A stretch of DNA of 64,000 nt. It comes from Octopus sinensis. Taxonomy: Eukaryota. Position 1 is the stretch's first letter. Every line of letters starts with the position of its first letter. The position numbers and the translations under genes were made by a program. The notes under the pieces are model-generated. The model made no database searches, was not told the DNA's origin, and saw only the letters and a program-made list of their open reading frames with translations. Of this stretch, positions 14,069-27,980 are shown one piece after another. The stretch lies in assembly GCF_006345805.1 (NCBI RefSeq), contig NC_043004.1, positions 22,444,001 through 22,508,000 on the forward strand. Direction: 5' to 3'.

Positions 14069-14665
14069 TATTTCTTTATTGCCCACAGGGGGCTAAACAT
14101 AGAATGAGACAAACAAGGACAGACAAAGGGATTAAGTCGATTACGTCGACCCCAGTGCGTAACTGGTACTTGTTTAATCGACCCTGAAAGGATGAAAGGC
14201 AAAGTCGACCTCGGCGGAATTTGAACTGAGAACGTAACAGCAAACGAAATACCTATTTCTTTACTACCCACAAGGGGATAAGCACAGAGGGGACAAACAA
14301 GGACAGACAAAGGGATTAAGTCGATTACATCGACCCCAGTGCGTAACTGGTACTTATTTAATCGACCCCGAAAGGATGAAAGGCAAAGTCGACCTCGGCG
14401 GAATTTGAACTCACGACGTAGCGGCAGACGAAATACCTATTTCTTTATTACCCACAAGGGGCTAAACACAGAGAGGACAAACAAGGACAGACAAACGGAT
14501 TAAGTCGATTACATCAACCCCAGCGCGTAACTGGTACTTAATTTATCGACCCCGAAAGGATGAAAGGCAAAGTCGACCTCGGCGGTATTTAAACTCAGAA
14601 CGTAATGGCAGACGAAATACGGCTACGCATTTCGCCCGGCGTGCTAACGATTCTGTTAGCTCGTG
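14069..14665 (-). mobile_element. Head-to-tail trimer of tRNA-derived SINE family A (about 185-bp units)
   Basis: Units start tatttcttta at 14069, 14254 and 14438. Each has the B-box-like gagttcaaattccgcc-type motif on the minus strand. Only the last unit has the full 5' head (gctaacagaatcgttagcacgccgggcgaaatgc). Confidence 0.88.
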
Positions 14666-15241
14666 CCAGCTATTTGTTGATATACTATCGCATAAATGAT
14701 CAGCTCGTAAGGAAATGCACTGTCATGTATTATATTTTCCTGTTCTCGACGGCATACTGTGTATCTAATTTTAATAAATATCATTTTTATTATTTACTTA
14801 TCGTTATTTTCCTCTTTATCTTGTCTTATACCCACCACCAGTTTCGACTCTCTACTGTCACGTTTTCAGAGCTGTTATTTTTTGCACTTTATTATTCCAA
14901 TAGATTCGAGTTTCTCAAACTAGTAACTACCTTGTGAATAAACAGAAAATCTTATTGAATCATACCGATAGTTGTCTAGTACTTTAATATGCAATATTTC
15001 CTTGAGAAGAAACGTTGGACAAATGAGTGAAGGAAAAGTTACAATTGGCTTGAAAACTTGGTTAATCTAATCTGAATATCAAACTCCTCACGAAAAAACT
15101 TTCTTTAATCGCTTCATATCCGCAGAAAACAATCTATCGAACAATGAACAGAATATTTACGATTTTAGCGTCAGCCTTGTCCGAAAATATTCTCAATTAC
15201 TAACCAATTTGTTGTTTGCTTACGCACCCATCACGCGTCAG

Positions 15242-15285
<44 letters not shown>

Positions 15286-15396
15286 TATAAACATACGTAA
15301 GAATATCTAACAATATACTTATATCAGTATCTCTCTGTCTCTCTCTATATATATATGTGTGTATATATATCTATATAATGAAAGTACTTATATATA

Positions 15397-15443
<47 letters not shown>

Positions 15444-15489
15444 ATGAAAACACTTATATATATATATATACTTTTATCCTTTTGCCCAT

Positions 15490-15722
15490 TTATTTGTTTC
15501 AGTCATTTCACTACGGCAATGTAGGAACACCTCCTTTAGTGGAACAAATTAATCCCAGAACTTATTCTTTATAAGCTTAGTACTCATTCTAATTATCTTT
15601 TGCCGAACCACTGAGTTACGTTCACATAAACACGCCAACATCAGTTGTTAAGCGATGGCGGGGCGGACAAACACAGACACACAAATATATACATACATGC
15701 ATACATACACACACACAAACAC

Positions 15723-15782
<60 letters not shown>

Positions 15783-15980
15783 CATATATATGAATGTATG
15801 TATGTGTATATATTTGTATGTATGTATGTATGTGTGAATATATATATATATTATATATATATATATATATATGTATGGTTTTTAGTCGAAGGAATCAACC
15901 CCAGGACTTGAATAATTAAGTTAGTGGGACATAAACACACCAGCACCGGTTGTCAAGCGATGGCGGGTGGACAAACGCAG

Positions 15981-16042
<62 letters not shown>

Positions 16043-16194
16043 GACGGGGTTATTTCAGTTTCTGTCTACTATAAAATCAACTCTCAAGGCTTTGTTCCGC
16101 TCGAGGCTATAAAGAAGATACTTGCCCAAGATGCCACGCAGTGGGATTGAACACGGCGTATGCAAGCTTCTTACCACGCAGCCACGTCTGCGCC
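15490..16194 (-). mobile_element. tRNA-SINE family B pieces with expanded internal microsatellites (3' half, a second partial 3' half at 15880-15975, 5' half at 16042-16194)
   Basis: Reverse-complement matches to family B segments separated by CA/TA runs. Confidence 0.75.
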
Positions 16195-16742
16195 TATGGA
16201 TACATATATGGATACATCTATGGATGTAGATGTGTGTTTATGTGCAAGTGGGAATCTGTATTTATATTCTCTATATGCATAGAAAGTGGATTTCTTGAGT
16301 CCTGCGTTAATACATTAATATGAATGTGATGTACATCTGTCAAGATGACTTACATAGAGTTTTCCACTGAAACATCATCTTGAATTTTAGAAAAAAGACA
16401 TTCATTACAATCCTCCGTACGTTTATATATTTTTAAAAATCGGGAATATGATGCACTTTGTGCAAGTTTTTGCGTGTAAAAGAATGTGATTGTTGCCGTG
16501 TTAGTATTGATGATGATGACGATGATATGAAGGAGGATGAGGTGGGGGAAGAATGGATGGTGAGGATGACTTTTCCTGTCATAGTATTAGTATAAAAAAC
16601 GTTGGCGTATAAAAAAGGATAGACATAACAATTTTGTATTTATATGTGTGTGTTTGATTTTGTATCCACTAGGTATATGTGCACATACATAGAATCTTGA
16701 ATACATGCGTATATGTGCGTACATGTGTGCATGCGTGCAAAC

Positions 16743-16787
<45 letters not shown>

Positions 16788-17576
16788 CATACATACCGAA
16801 GAAGAAAGGAAAACACAAATATATATTTATATATATATATATTTATATGCATACATAACGAAGAAGAAAGGAAAATAATAAATGCCAAAGATTAAGAGTT
16901 AGTGGCGTGCGTAAGAAAAAGCAAGTTAAGAACCGTGATAAACACAATGGTGGATTGTTGTATGTAGTTTTAGTTTTTGTTTCAATAGCTCAGCATGTAT
17001 TGGAGACAATGGATACATAACTGCAAAAACATTCATAGTACTGAGAAGGATGGCCATAGCGACAACGCTGATAAAGATATTGATATCTTGTTATAACCAA
17101 AAGATGATACATACATTCATTTAATATACCACAACGCTAGCTTTTACGGAAGAATCGATAGGATATAACATAATTTTGATACCTTATTTATCATTGATCC
17201 TGAACAGGTTGGCGCTATTTGATGAGAAAAATTACTAACTTTTAATGATAATTAAAACATGTAATCATAACCATCTTGCATTTGTATTCTTCAAGTCCAA
17301 TATAATCTGTATCCTTCAAGACAGTAGGGTGAGATGTGTAGACAATGAGCTTCTATATCTACCCAATTCAGTAATCACCGTGAAACATATCCGACTTTGG
17401 TTCCAGTGAATGATGGTATTCGACCTAAACCAGTGTTTGTCTTGAAATTCTGAAATAAAGGCAGAAAAGTGCATGGGGTTATCCTTGTATTTCGACTCAG
17501 TGTTATATCTTTCAGATGCTGGTATCTCGGCTCATTTCACACACACTCACGCACCCACACACTATATATATATATA

Positions 17577-17623
<47 letters not shown>

Positions 17624-18712
17624 ATAGATATATAAATAGACATATGATAGATAAATAAAAAGAGACAGACAAGACAACTAGATCGATAGACAGACAGACT
17701 GAAAAGACTTAACAAACTGCTACTCAATGTTGCATGTAATCGATCGTCAGGCAACTGTATATGTATATATAATTATATGTATACACATACACACATTTTT
17801 GCGCTGTAATCTGACTTTTGTATATTTTGATTACTCAATCTTCAATCCTCTCTACCTCTCTGTTATCGAGGTTAGGTTTTCAATATTTAAATCTATTCTC
17901 ACTTTTTTACATATGTTCATACATTCCTATTGTTTCTAAAATTCTCTATACTACATGATATTTGATTTAGTACTAAAACATTAATATTATTAGTTTACAA
18001 TTTGTTTAGTAATTTTATCTCATTTTCCTCGATGTAAAACATTATCTAATTAATATTATCATGTGATAATAATATATTATTTGTAGTTTTTAATTCATTT
18101 TCATGGCCCTACTTTATTTGATATTAGATTCCTAGTCACGACTTGTGTTGTATGTTGTTAAGTCAGTGTTCACTCCATCCAGCCATGTTGTTTTATTTTT
18201 TGTTTTATATTCCTTGTTGAAACCAAATCAGCAATATTTAGGTAGGCTGCTTTGTTCACAAACATTAGAAAAACATGCATAAACTCTTGCGCTCAGAAGC
18301 GGGTTTGTATTAGTCGTGATATATGTAGAGAATGTTCGTCACGAAAAAAGATTTCCTGTTAATTTAATCTTCGAAAGGAAATAAAAACGCTTTCTTTATG
18401 TTGTTTATATTTTCGAATTTCATGTTACATATAATTTTTCACTCAGTTATAAATCGCTTGTTTCTGATTTTCACATATATATAATATTTGTCGTCATCAA
18501 GCAAATGCTTGGGCAGTGAATTATCATAGATACAAAGATTCCATTGGAAAACAATTATAGCAAAAATTAAAGCAATCTTCTGTACAGCATAGTGGCACAA
18601 AGAAAAGAACTGTGTTGTTTCAACGAGATATAATGGTAAAGCTTAGCTTACTTTAGTTATATTGCTATCTGGAAACAAGAATAATTGTAATTTAGGAAAA
18701 CACCTGTCTGTA

Positions 18713-19908
18713 CAGGGTATGTAAGGTATTTGAGTACATACCTTTTTTGTTTTTAGTCATTGCTGCATTGTTTCGCTAACTCTGTATAATCTTTCTGTCA
18801 GAAAATAAAAATAGCAGACCCTCAGCTTACACAATAAATGAAGAGGCATCCTGTTATTGTGGTTATAACGGCCGAGCATAGCGATTTAGGAGTATCTCTA
18901 TTTTCAAAAGTTGCTATATCTTTCGTCTACAAAGTTTGTTAGGAGCTCGAAACTAGAGATGGAAATGTATCACCCGTATCAAAGCAATCAAAGCATAAAA
19001 AACGCGATGAAATCACCAGAACACCTGAAGGTTTTCCAGCAAGTTCAACAGACGATTGATTACAATCCCAGGAACTCATGCGCTCAATTGCAAAAGATCT
19101 CTATGTGCATGAAGGAACAGTCAGAAATGTTGTCCACGAAGACATCAAATATGAATTTTATATCATGAGCAAATGTCAATTCGTCAGAAAAAGCAAAAGA
19201 AAGATCACTACATCAGAACAAAAAGGCTCTTAATCAAACTGAAAAATCCAGCTGAAGATTTCATTTGGTTTTTCTCAAACAAGAAAAACTTCGACCAAGG
19301 TGAAAAAGCTAACTGAAGAAATGACAGATAGTTATGTGCAGACCCTTCTGCAGTTCCAAGTCTTCATGCATACAAAATTTCCTGCAGCTGTCATGGTTTT
19401 AGGTGTTGTTAGCAAAGAAGGACATGTGATGCCTTCTTAGTGCTTCCCACAAGGCCTTAGAGTTAACTCTGCCACCTACAATGAGGTCCTGGAAATAATT
19501 GTTAATCCCTGGATAAACAGTGTATTGCAATGTTCCAGTAAGATACTGCACTATTACACATGGCTATAGTAATATAGGAGTGATTGGCTGAAATTTGTTA
19601 TGATCACATAACCAAAATTTGGCTTCCTAATTCCCCACGTCTCAATCCATTGGAATATTACATGTGGAGCGTTGTTGAGAGAGGGATCAGTGAACACGCC
19701 CATAACGCCAAAGATTCTTTGAAAGCTGCAATAGTAGGGTAATGTCCAAAATGAACTAAGATCTCATTTAGAAGTAGTTGTTGAAGCTTATTGAATAAAA
19801 TTATTTTTATCCTCCTAGCTCTTTTTGATAAATAAAGTTACTATCTGTTATTGTATATCTGTTTTTTTTATAAACATAAATCTGTCCTCAAATATCTTAC
19901 GCACCATC
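18713..19908 (+). mobile_element. Degenerate Tc1/mariner-superfamily transposon, maT (DD37D)-like
   Basis: TA-cagggtatgtaaggtatttgagtaca at 18711 matches the reverse complement of tgtcctcaaatatcttacgcaccatc-TA ending 19910 (22/28). Plus-strand fragments: MRSIAKDLYVHEGTVRNVVHEDIKY, IWFFSNKKNFDQ, TKFPAAVMVLGVVSKEGHVMP, WLPNSPRLNPLEYYMWSVVER (about 19620-19680). D-to-D spacing cannot be counted because of decay. Confidence 0.88.
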
Positions 19909-21915
19909 TATATTACCTCAAAGTGATTGTGATTTATTTTAAGAAATACTCGAAGCCATTGAAAATGAAAAACAATATGGCTGCCAATTTGCCTTCCTGC
20001 AGTACGAACAATCCCTCACTCATTTATTTCACAATCTTCATCACTATATACCCAGTATTCCAATTCATTTCGAAATATTAAAGTTCTAACCCATGTCGTA
20101 TATAAATATGTCATATCACATGTTTGTTTGTTATTATAGCAGTAAAGGTTTTCAGTTAGTTTCCTTCCTCTCTCTCTCCCCTCTTTTTCCCAATCAGCTA
20201 TTTCTGACGGCGAATTTTTCAAGTACTTCTTGTAGTAAATCTTTAATATTCGCATTTTTCGAGATAACAGCTACACATTCTGCATAAAACTACAAAATAA
20301 ACCATCTCTCATAGTTACACATTCAAGTAACAATATTATGCAATCATTTATCGTTATTCGATTAAAACTAGAAACTTTCCTGTTCCTCTCATCTATCACA
20401 CAATGTATTCGGCTGTAAAAATGCTCCCTAGTGAAGGAAAACTTTTTACCGTGGTCCCTCGTTCTCTAAGAAGAGCAAGAATAATTTCCCTTAAGTTTAC
20501 ATCCTCCTGTCTCAACAAAAGATACTGATACATTGGACTCTAGCTAGATTTTGTCAGACTTTTACTGGTCGAGACTAAATCAGTATGACACATTGCTGAG
20601 TGTAGTTTTGGACACTGTACGCAGGAATGTACTAGAGCTGACATAAGGACTGAAACGACTTTAATTTCTATGCTTGATTAACCGAGGCTGACACATGATT
20701 AAGCAACAACACGATGCGCTGCCCTTCCACCTCTTATCATTTCCCTTATGAAGACACTTGCCTTCATTTCCTTAATAAACGCTTTACCAAGCCTGTTAAT
20801 AATACCTACTTGAATACTTCTTGGAATAGCTAAAAACAAACAGTGTCAGTTTCCTTCTAACTAGTGCGAGCGAGCATGCAAATACTACGAGGATTAAACA
20901 ATTTAAACTTATCGTTTAATGACTTACTACCACCATTATACGTAATGCGGCAGCTGATGAAGGAAGTGGCAGACCAACAGATAACTTCTAACCAATTGCA
21001 GTCATCAACATATTGTCAGACCACCAACGTACCTCATATCAGAGCCACCATTTCTAAAATGGAAAAAAAATGGGCTCTTGGGAGCCTTGTATATTGGGAC
21101 GAACAGAATGGTCTCGGCTAGCAGGCCATACACACCGTCTCCTTGAGCAATATGGACCAATGACAACAATTTGGTATTCAAACCATGTGTGTTTTGGATT
21201 GGCTAATTTAGTAATACATCTTAGATTACTAAATTAAAACCTACCAATTGAACATTACGCTTGTAAAAGCAATAATAACGTCATATATTAAGCAATCTCT
21301 TCTCTATACTACTAAACATGCTTTAGGAAATTTTAGATAACATGTTAATTTGTATTGATTTTCTCTTCTACAATAGATGAAAAATTGTCTACACTTTTGT
21401 TGCTTATTTCTTCTTTAATTGTATTAAATTTCCAATTTAATTCCAACTTCTTATTGTTAAATATATAAACTCTGCTTCCGATCCATATTCTCACCATCAT
21501 TGCTGTCTACCATGATATGTGAATAAAGGAAAAATAATAGGATGGGGGAGACAGCGTAATGTATATGAGATTCGAAATGTACATTCGTTATTTTTTCTTA
21601 TCACGGTAACAATAAATTAGAAATCCAGAGATGGTTTTATGTAGAGAAAGAATGTTGATACATCACATATATTACAAAATAGAATTGTGCCCACTTCTTT
21701 CCCAACGTAATATTAGCCAACCCCTTCAAAGAATTCTGTAATTGAAATGACAAATGCCGGACAAATTAAAAACAAACAATGATATACGATTGTGGGTATC
21801 ATATTTAATTAAATGCTCTACATGTATTAAATAATGAATGAGTTTGGTGTGTGTACATTAAGGCGTATACCTGTCATAATTATTACACTATAAACATGCA
21901 AAACGATATATATAT

Positions 21916-21985
<70 letters not shown>

Positions 21986-22034
21986 AAAAACTTACCGTTG
22001 ACAAAGGCTGCGCGGCGTTTAATTATAAATAATT

Positions 22035-23220
22035 AAAAATACACATTAAGTACAGGACAAAATATCACAAGGAGTTTCACTCTTCCTCAATTTTCCACTG
22101 TTTATTTTTGCCTATTTCGAGCTTTCAACGACAAGGCAGGAAAAATTCATAAGACAGCAGCAACCAGAAAATTTTTAAATATAAAATTTATGGAGAGTTA
22201 GGGATTCAAACGAACAAATGGCAGCAGAGTAGACGTACAGAGTAAACAATCGACGAATACAGACATGCAGGACCGTTAGAGCAAGACGAATTGTAATGGG
22301 TAACGCCCGGCAGAAACTTTGAAAAGATGTAGAATAAATAGGAGAGAAAAAGTAGTAGAAGAGTAAAAATAGTAGGTTAAAAAGATAGAAGATACAAAAA
22401 ACATCGTGAGGCGAGAGAAGTTACGTCCAGCTGGCTGAACGTCCTATCAAAAACACAGAGAGATGCGAAGAAAGGCCTGTAGTCACGTGTGATCAACTGG
22501 CAGAGGGGAAGGGGAGAAGAGAGAGGAGAAGGGAAGAAATGAATGGAGTGAGGAAATGGGAGAAGCAAAAAAGATAGACAGGAGACAGAAAGAAGGAAAG
22601 AGAAAAAATAGTTGGAGAGAATAATAGTAAAAGAGAAAAAATATCGAGAACCAAGACAAATTACGTCCAGGGAGCTAGACGTTCCATCCCCAAAAGAAAG
22701 AAGACGGGCTCGTTTCTTTCCCTTTTATCTCTCGTCCCCCTTCCCCTCTGCCTGTTTATCACACCTGACTACAAGCCATTGTCCCGTCTCTCTGTATTTT
22801 TGAATGGGACGTTAAGCCAGCTGGGCGTAATTTCACTCGCTTCTCGATATTTTTTGTCTTCTACTATTTTTCTCCTACTACTTTTTCTTTTCTATCTATA
22901 CTGTATACTTTCAAAATTTCTGCCAGGCGTCACCCATTAAAATTCGTCTTGTCCTAACGGCCCTTAATGTCTGTCTTTGTCGGTTCTTAACTCTGTATGT
23001 CCAATTGGGTGTCGTTTGTTCGTCCGAAGTCCTAATTCTTCATAAGTTTTATATTTTTTAAATTTACGGCTGCTGCTGTCATATGAAGCTTTCTTCTTTT
23101 GTCATTGAGAAAGCTCGAAAAAGGTTAGTAATAAGCAGTCAACAACTGAGGAGGGGTGAGACTTCCTGTGTGCTTACGTATTTTTCAGTCGTTGGTGGTA
23201 CCCTGTACGTAATGTATATT
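22035..23220. repeat. Old ~1.2-kb foldback with ~490-bp diverged arms
   Basis: For example gcaagacgaattgtaatgggtaacgcccggcagaaa versus tttctgccaggcgtcacccattaaaattcgtcttg; purine-rich left arm, pyrimidine-rich right arm. Confidence 0.8.
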
Positions 23221-23317
23221 ATTCATTTTTTCTTTTGTATTTGTCCTGTGCTTACCTCTCGAATGTTCACGCATTTTTCAATCACTGGTGATGTCCTATA
23301 CACAATGTGTATTTTTG

Positions 23318-23384
<67 letters not shown>

Positions 23385-24734
23385 TGCATACAGACTGACA
23401 GACATACACGTAAATGATATATAGAAATATGGTTGTACAGTAATGTTGGGAACAGAAACAACAGACACAAAGACACATATGTAGATAAGCATACACATAC
23501 ATATGCTGAGACGGTACGTTAAACAGACATTGGAATTATATCTGCGATTTGTGTCCTTTTCAAATATTTTTTAAGACACCCAATATAATAAACGAAACAA
23601 TTTATTTGCATACAATACAAACTGCGACAGAAAATGATGAATTACAAAACTGGCTTAAAATGAAATCTACTACCAAATCTACATGTAGTGTGTTTCGTCG
23701 TTTGTGTGTGTGTGTGTGTGTGTACGTGTAAACGCGCGCGATCATATATATGGAAATATCGTTAAAGAAAATGGCTTTTATTCATATTTATGAGTATATC
23801 CATACCCGCAAATATTTGGCTGTGAGTGTAGAGGTGAGAGAGAGAGACTAGGATAGATACAGAAGTATGTAACGCGGAGAAGTAGTGATGGAGAGCATAT
23901 TCAAATATCCCATAAAACTCGTCTTATGTGAGTATTAAAGAAAATTATACAGTTTTGTTCTTGTTCAAGCATATTTTCCGGTAGTTATTACGTTAAAACT
24001 TGGGAGACTCTTATCACTAAACACACTTTACAAACATTTACGACTCTCGATACTTTCATTTTACTTTGCATAAATCCTTATTAACATACGAGTATATGAA
24101 GAACACTTTCTAGGAAAGGAAACAAAAATCAACAAATAGTTCAGAGCACAGAGATTTGGTATTCAAATTAAGATATAAGTTCGTATAAGCTCGTCGTTAT
24201 TCAAGAATGTTATAGCTGAGATATGAAAATAAGAAAGCGCCGAAAATTTAGATACGGGGAATATAGTGTAAGAGAATATATAATCGTTAAGTATGTTTTA
24301 GAGCATTTATTCATTTCACAAGTTATGTTAACTTAACTCAAACAATAACTGCGGTATATAACATATTAAAGTTAACGTTAGCATTGTATAACTGGTACAT
24401 ACCGTAACCTGGAGGCCAGAATTTCTATATATTTGCAAATATTCTATTCATCTGCAATAGATCAATTGCGTTCATTTAAGATTCGTAATACTATGGGGAC
24501 ACTTTCTCTCATATAAGAAAGAAAATAGTTCATTATTTTATCTTAGAAATTTTGCATGTTTGTCTTCGGACTTTATTGCCGAACCCCTAGTTTACGAGAA
24601 GATAAACAATTCCCCGCCGGTTGTAAAGTAGTGTTGGGAACAAAAACAACACAGACTGAAAGACATAGGCATACACATTAATGCCTATACACATAAACAC
24701 ACACATATATAGATAGATATACATATATTATTCT

Positions 24735-24858
24735 AACAAAGAATATTGTTGACAATGACTGACTTCAGAGTTTTGGCCAGCAAATCCATCATCAAGCACT
24801 CCGACAATGGCTACACTAGCCGAAACTTCGAAGTCACTGTCAACAATGTTCTTGATAA
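24735..24858. ncRNA. Divergent pair of decayed hammerhead motifs
   Basis: Plus: ccgacaa-t-GGCT acact AGCC-GAAA-CTTCGAAG-TC (24801-24835). Minus: TTGATGA-tgg...ggcc-aaaa-ctctgaag-TC-agtca. Confidence 0.55.
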
Positions 24859-25339
24859 TAAAAATTAATTTTTACTTTACGAAAGTATAGAATACCCTAT
24901 CAGATGAATGTGAAATTGCTTTTTTTTCATATGCAAATCATTTGATAACTAATCTGTTAACAAGCTATACCAAGATCTCTGAAATCAAGATATATCACGC
25001 TGACGTCTGCGTATTCACAATCCAATCATAGTGCTGTGAGAACTATGTGAAGCAGTCCTTCCCGGACGGAACTTATGCTGAGTATCGTTCAGTAAATCGT
25101 TTTCTTCAAGGAACATAATAATTTTCTTTCTGACTATTCGTTCCATGGCTTTAGTGATATATGGTCAGAGAGATTGGCGTGTAGTATTAGTCTCTATTCT
25201 GTTCCTACCTGTATATTTGAGACATGCAATGCCTTCTTTTAGGAAGTTTATCATTTGCAGGGTAACACTGGAAAGGTATCTAAAGTGGTCTCGCGAAAGT
25301 CAGCTTTCGTGACTTTAGGAGAATAGCTGGGGGACCATC

Positions 25340-25976
25340 AGGGCCAGTTACTGAGATTCAGCATATTTCGTTTGTAGCCACTGTGCATTTTGTCTCATCA
25401 ATGTCGATGTAATCAATGGTATGCGACTTTGTCCGTAGAGCTGTAATGCTAATAAATTTAGCCGGGTTTTTATCTGCTTGTGTCCCTCAAAGCGCTAGCT
25501 TATCTGGATAAGAAATCAACAAGTATGTACTTTCATAGTGTTTAAGAATCATAGCTAAGCTCTATGACGGTACATACTTTTTTTGTCTGTTCCAGTCAAC
25601 AATATCTGGCCTGTTATGCTTATATGTAAGAAATTTTTTGATGGAAATGTTCCACCAGAATTAGTTGTGTTGATGTTTCTGTACCTATTCAATAACAGGG
25701 GAGTTCTTATGATTATTCCGGGACTGTCGTTATCCAGAATGGTATTGTATATTGCTTTGGCGACAACTTCATGGCGTATATGGAGGTAATAATTTGACGA
25801 TATGTGATTAACAGCTGTTAATCACATGTGTGATGTACACAGTAATATGACACAATCTACATTTTCGATTGCATCTTGCAACTTTAAGGGAGTAGTTGTC
25901 CCTTTTGTTTATTAGGTGTTTAGTAGTAATCTCCTGTTCTTAGATTGCAAATGCATAGCCTTCGCTCGGACGTCAC
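25340..25976 (-). mobile_element. RLE-type (R4/Dong/NeSL-like) non-LTR retrotransposon C-terminal fragment
   Basis: Minus strand: EGYAFAI*EQEITTKHLINKRD, CCHC knuckle KCRLC...THVINSC (CRLC at 25850-25861), YYLHIRHEVVAKAIYN, WWNISIK...KHNRPDIVDWNRQKKVCTVIELS (NRPDIV within 25598-25618, a PD-(D/E)xK-type nuclease motif). Confidence 0.9.
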
Positions 25977-26109
25977 AAAACGTGTACAAGAATAACTACT
26001 AAGTACGAGTACCTGGAATATGGAGTATATTTTCCAATGGAAGACACAGATTCATACATAGATACACACACATACACACACATATATATATATATACACA
26101 CACCCACAC

Positions 26110-26144
<35 letters not shown>

Positions 26145-27880
26145 CATAGACACATTCATACACGCGTGTGTGTGTGTGTGTGTGCAGGACAAGTAAAAGC
26201 AATCATCACATCAGTGGCTGTTCCATGTTGCTACTAGTTTAACTCCAGGCAGATCTTACCCCAGCTGGCTGTCGGTGCGCCGCTACACCCATTGTATACA
26301 ATATATTTTGCTAGCAGGACCTGACTCATTTTCCAGCTCGTTCATCTTCAGTCACGAGTACCTGGTCGCCAGAGCGATAGCTAGGGCCTGCTCCAGTCAG
26401 CAACATATTGGAATCAAAGCGACCATGACACACACAAACACATACACACACACTCATGTATAAAATTCCGTGTGCGCGCGCCCCTTTGAGTATGTATGGA
26501 TGAGAATTCATCTTTATAGACTATTAAGTCATTTTACTAAAATGTGTGAGATACATTCTCTAGAGTTCAGTAAATAAAATTCGGAGATGGCGAAATCTAT
26601 ATTAGGAAAATGTAGGCGACTGAACTAACTCTTACTTAAACATAATATTTTTCTGAACCTGATCATTCACTGCTTTCTCTTAGCCACGTGACTTCCTCTA
26701 CTTTTCGGATAAATATAGAATGACAACGAAAGCAATTTACTAAAAACAGAGATTTTCTGTAAGTCAATATCTTTGTACGACCCTTTGGTAGTTCTTTTTC
26801 TACTTTTCATTTCAGTAGCTTCTACATTTTATGGATACAGTAGGTGAAAGCGAAGAACTCTATACTTAAATTACCACTTTTCAGAAACCACTTTATCCTA
26901 TTGCCATTCTTTAATCTATAATTCCCAACAAGATAGTTCACCACAAGCTTAGCCTATCATTTCCATCGCAATTTTATTTAAACTTTCGCTATTTCACTGA
27001 TCTAACGTAATAATTTTCTATAAATGTATATATGCGTACACATCTATTTTCTATCAGAAAGTAGATAATTAAAAATTGAAAATCGACTTTTTATTAATAT
27101 CTATGTCTTGGCTAATGTTCCTCATTTTATATAAGAGAAATATGTATTATTGGGAATTCCAACTCAACGGTTTGCTTATTTGCCGTTTTATGCTACGATT
27201 CCTCATAGGTATAATTGTTTCTTTAAAATGAAGGGAACAAATGGAATGTAAAACTAAGACATTAGTAGTGTTCTAAAATTGTCCGAGGGCAATCACTTGG
27301 AAATAGAAATTGAAATGCACTAGTACGAAATATTGGAGATTTTGATCGCTTATAAAACTGGAGATATAACGGCTGCGCTGAATCTATATAGGAGTTTCGA
27401 CATGATTGTACTTGTTAGAATTACAATTTATTCATACTGAAAAAAGGAAAAAAAAAAAAAAAAAAAACTATTGAAGAAATACGAATAACGGAAAAACAAA
27501 TTCGTGAAAAAAATAATGGTTTGTACGACTACAAAATGTGTATAAAATGTGTATAAACATTCATAAATATACTCATTGGCATACACAAAGGCACATATGC
27601 TGCTAAACGTCCGCTCAAACAAAGACATAAAGATATATACATAAAGATACATGCATACATTCATATATATATAAAAGGCTTCAATCCCATCGAAACTTCA
27701 AAACTTCTTAAGGCAACAGGAAGATTGATGCAAGATTCATGTCTTATGGGCCACAGCACACATCTTAAGGAAAGTATGATCTGTCTGAGGTCTTTGTTTT
27801 TACTTGACACATGACTAAAAAGCTCCGGTGCATTTTCACCTAAACTGAGTTACGAAGGAATAATGGCAGTGATGATGACA

Positions 27881-27881
<1 letters not shown>

Positions 27882-27959
<78 letters not shown>
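27882..27959. repeat. (AAT)n microsatellite
   Basis: Directly visible. Confidence 0.98.
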
Positions 27960-27980
27960 GACCAGAATCTGTGGACAGAA

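Noticed and set aside
14069-14665. CRISPR-like appearance of recurring motifs
   Set aside because: Whole ~185-bp units repeat with no unique spacers; eukaryotic SINE multimer, no cas genes.
14605-14937. 110-aa ORF
   Set aside because: Starts within the SINE head and continues into AT-rich non-coding DNA.
23146-23195. CTGAGGA near the end of the large foldback as a hammerhead core
   Set aside because: No adequate helix II or GAAA-palindrome-UH downstream in either arm.
25583-25789. Plus-strand hydrophobic 68-aa ORF
   Set aside because: Antisense to the RLE retrotransposon fragment.
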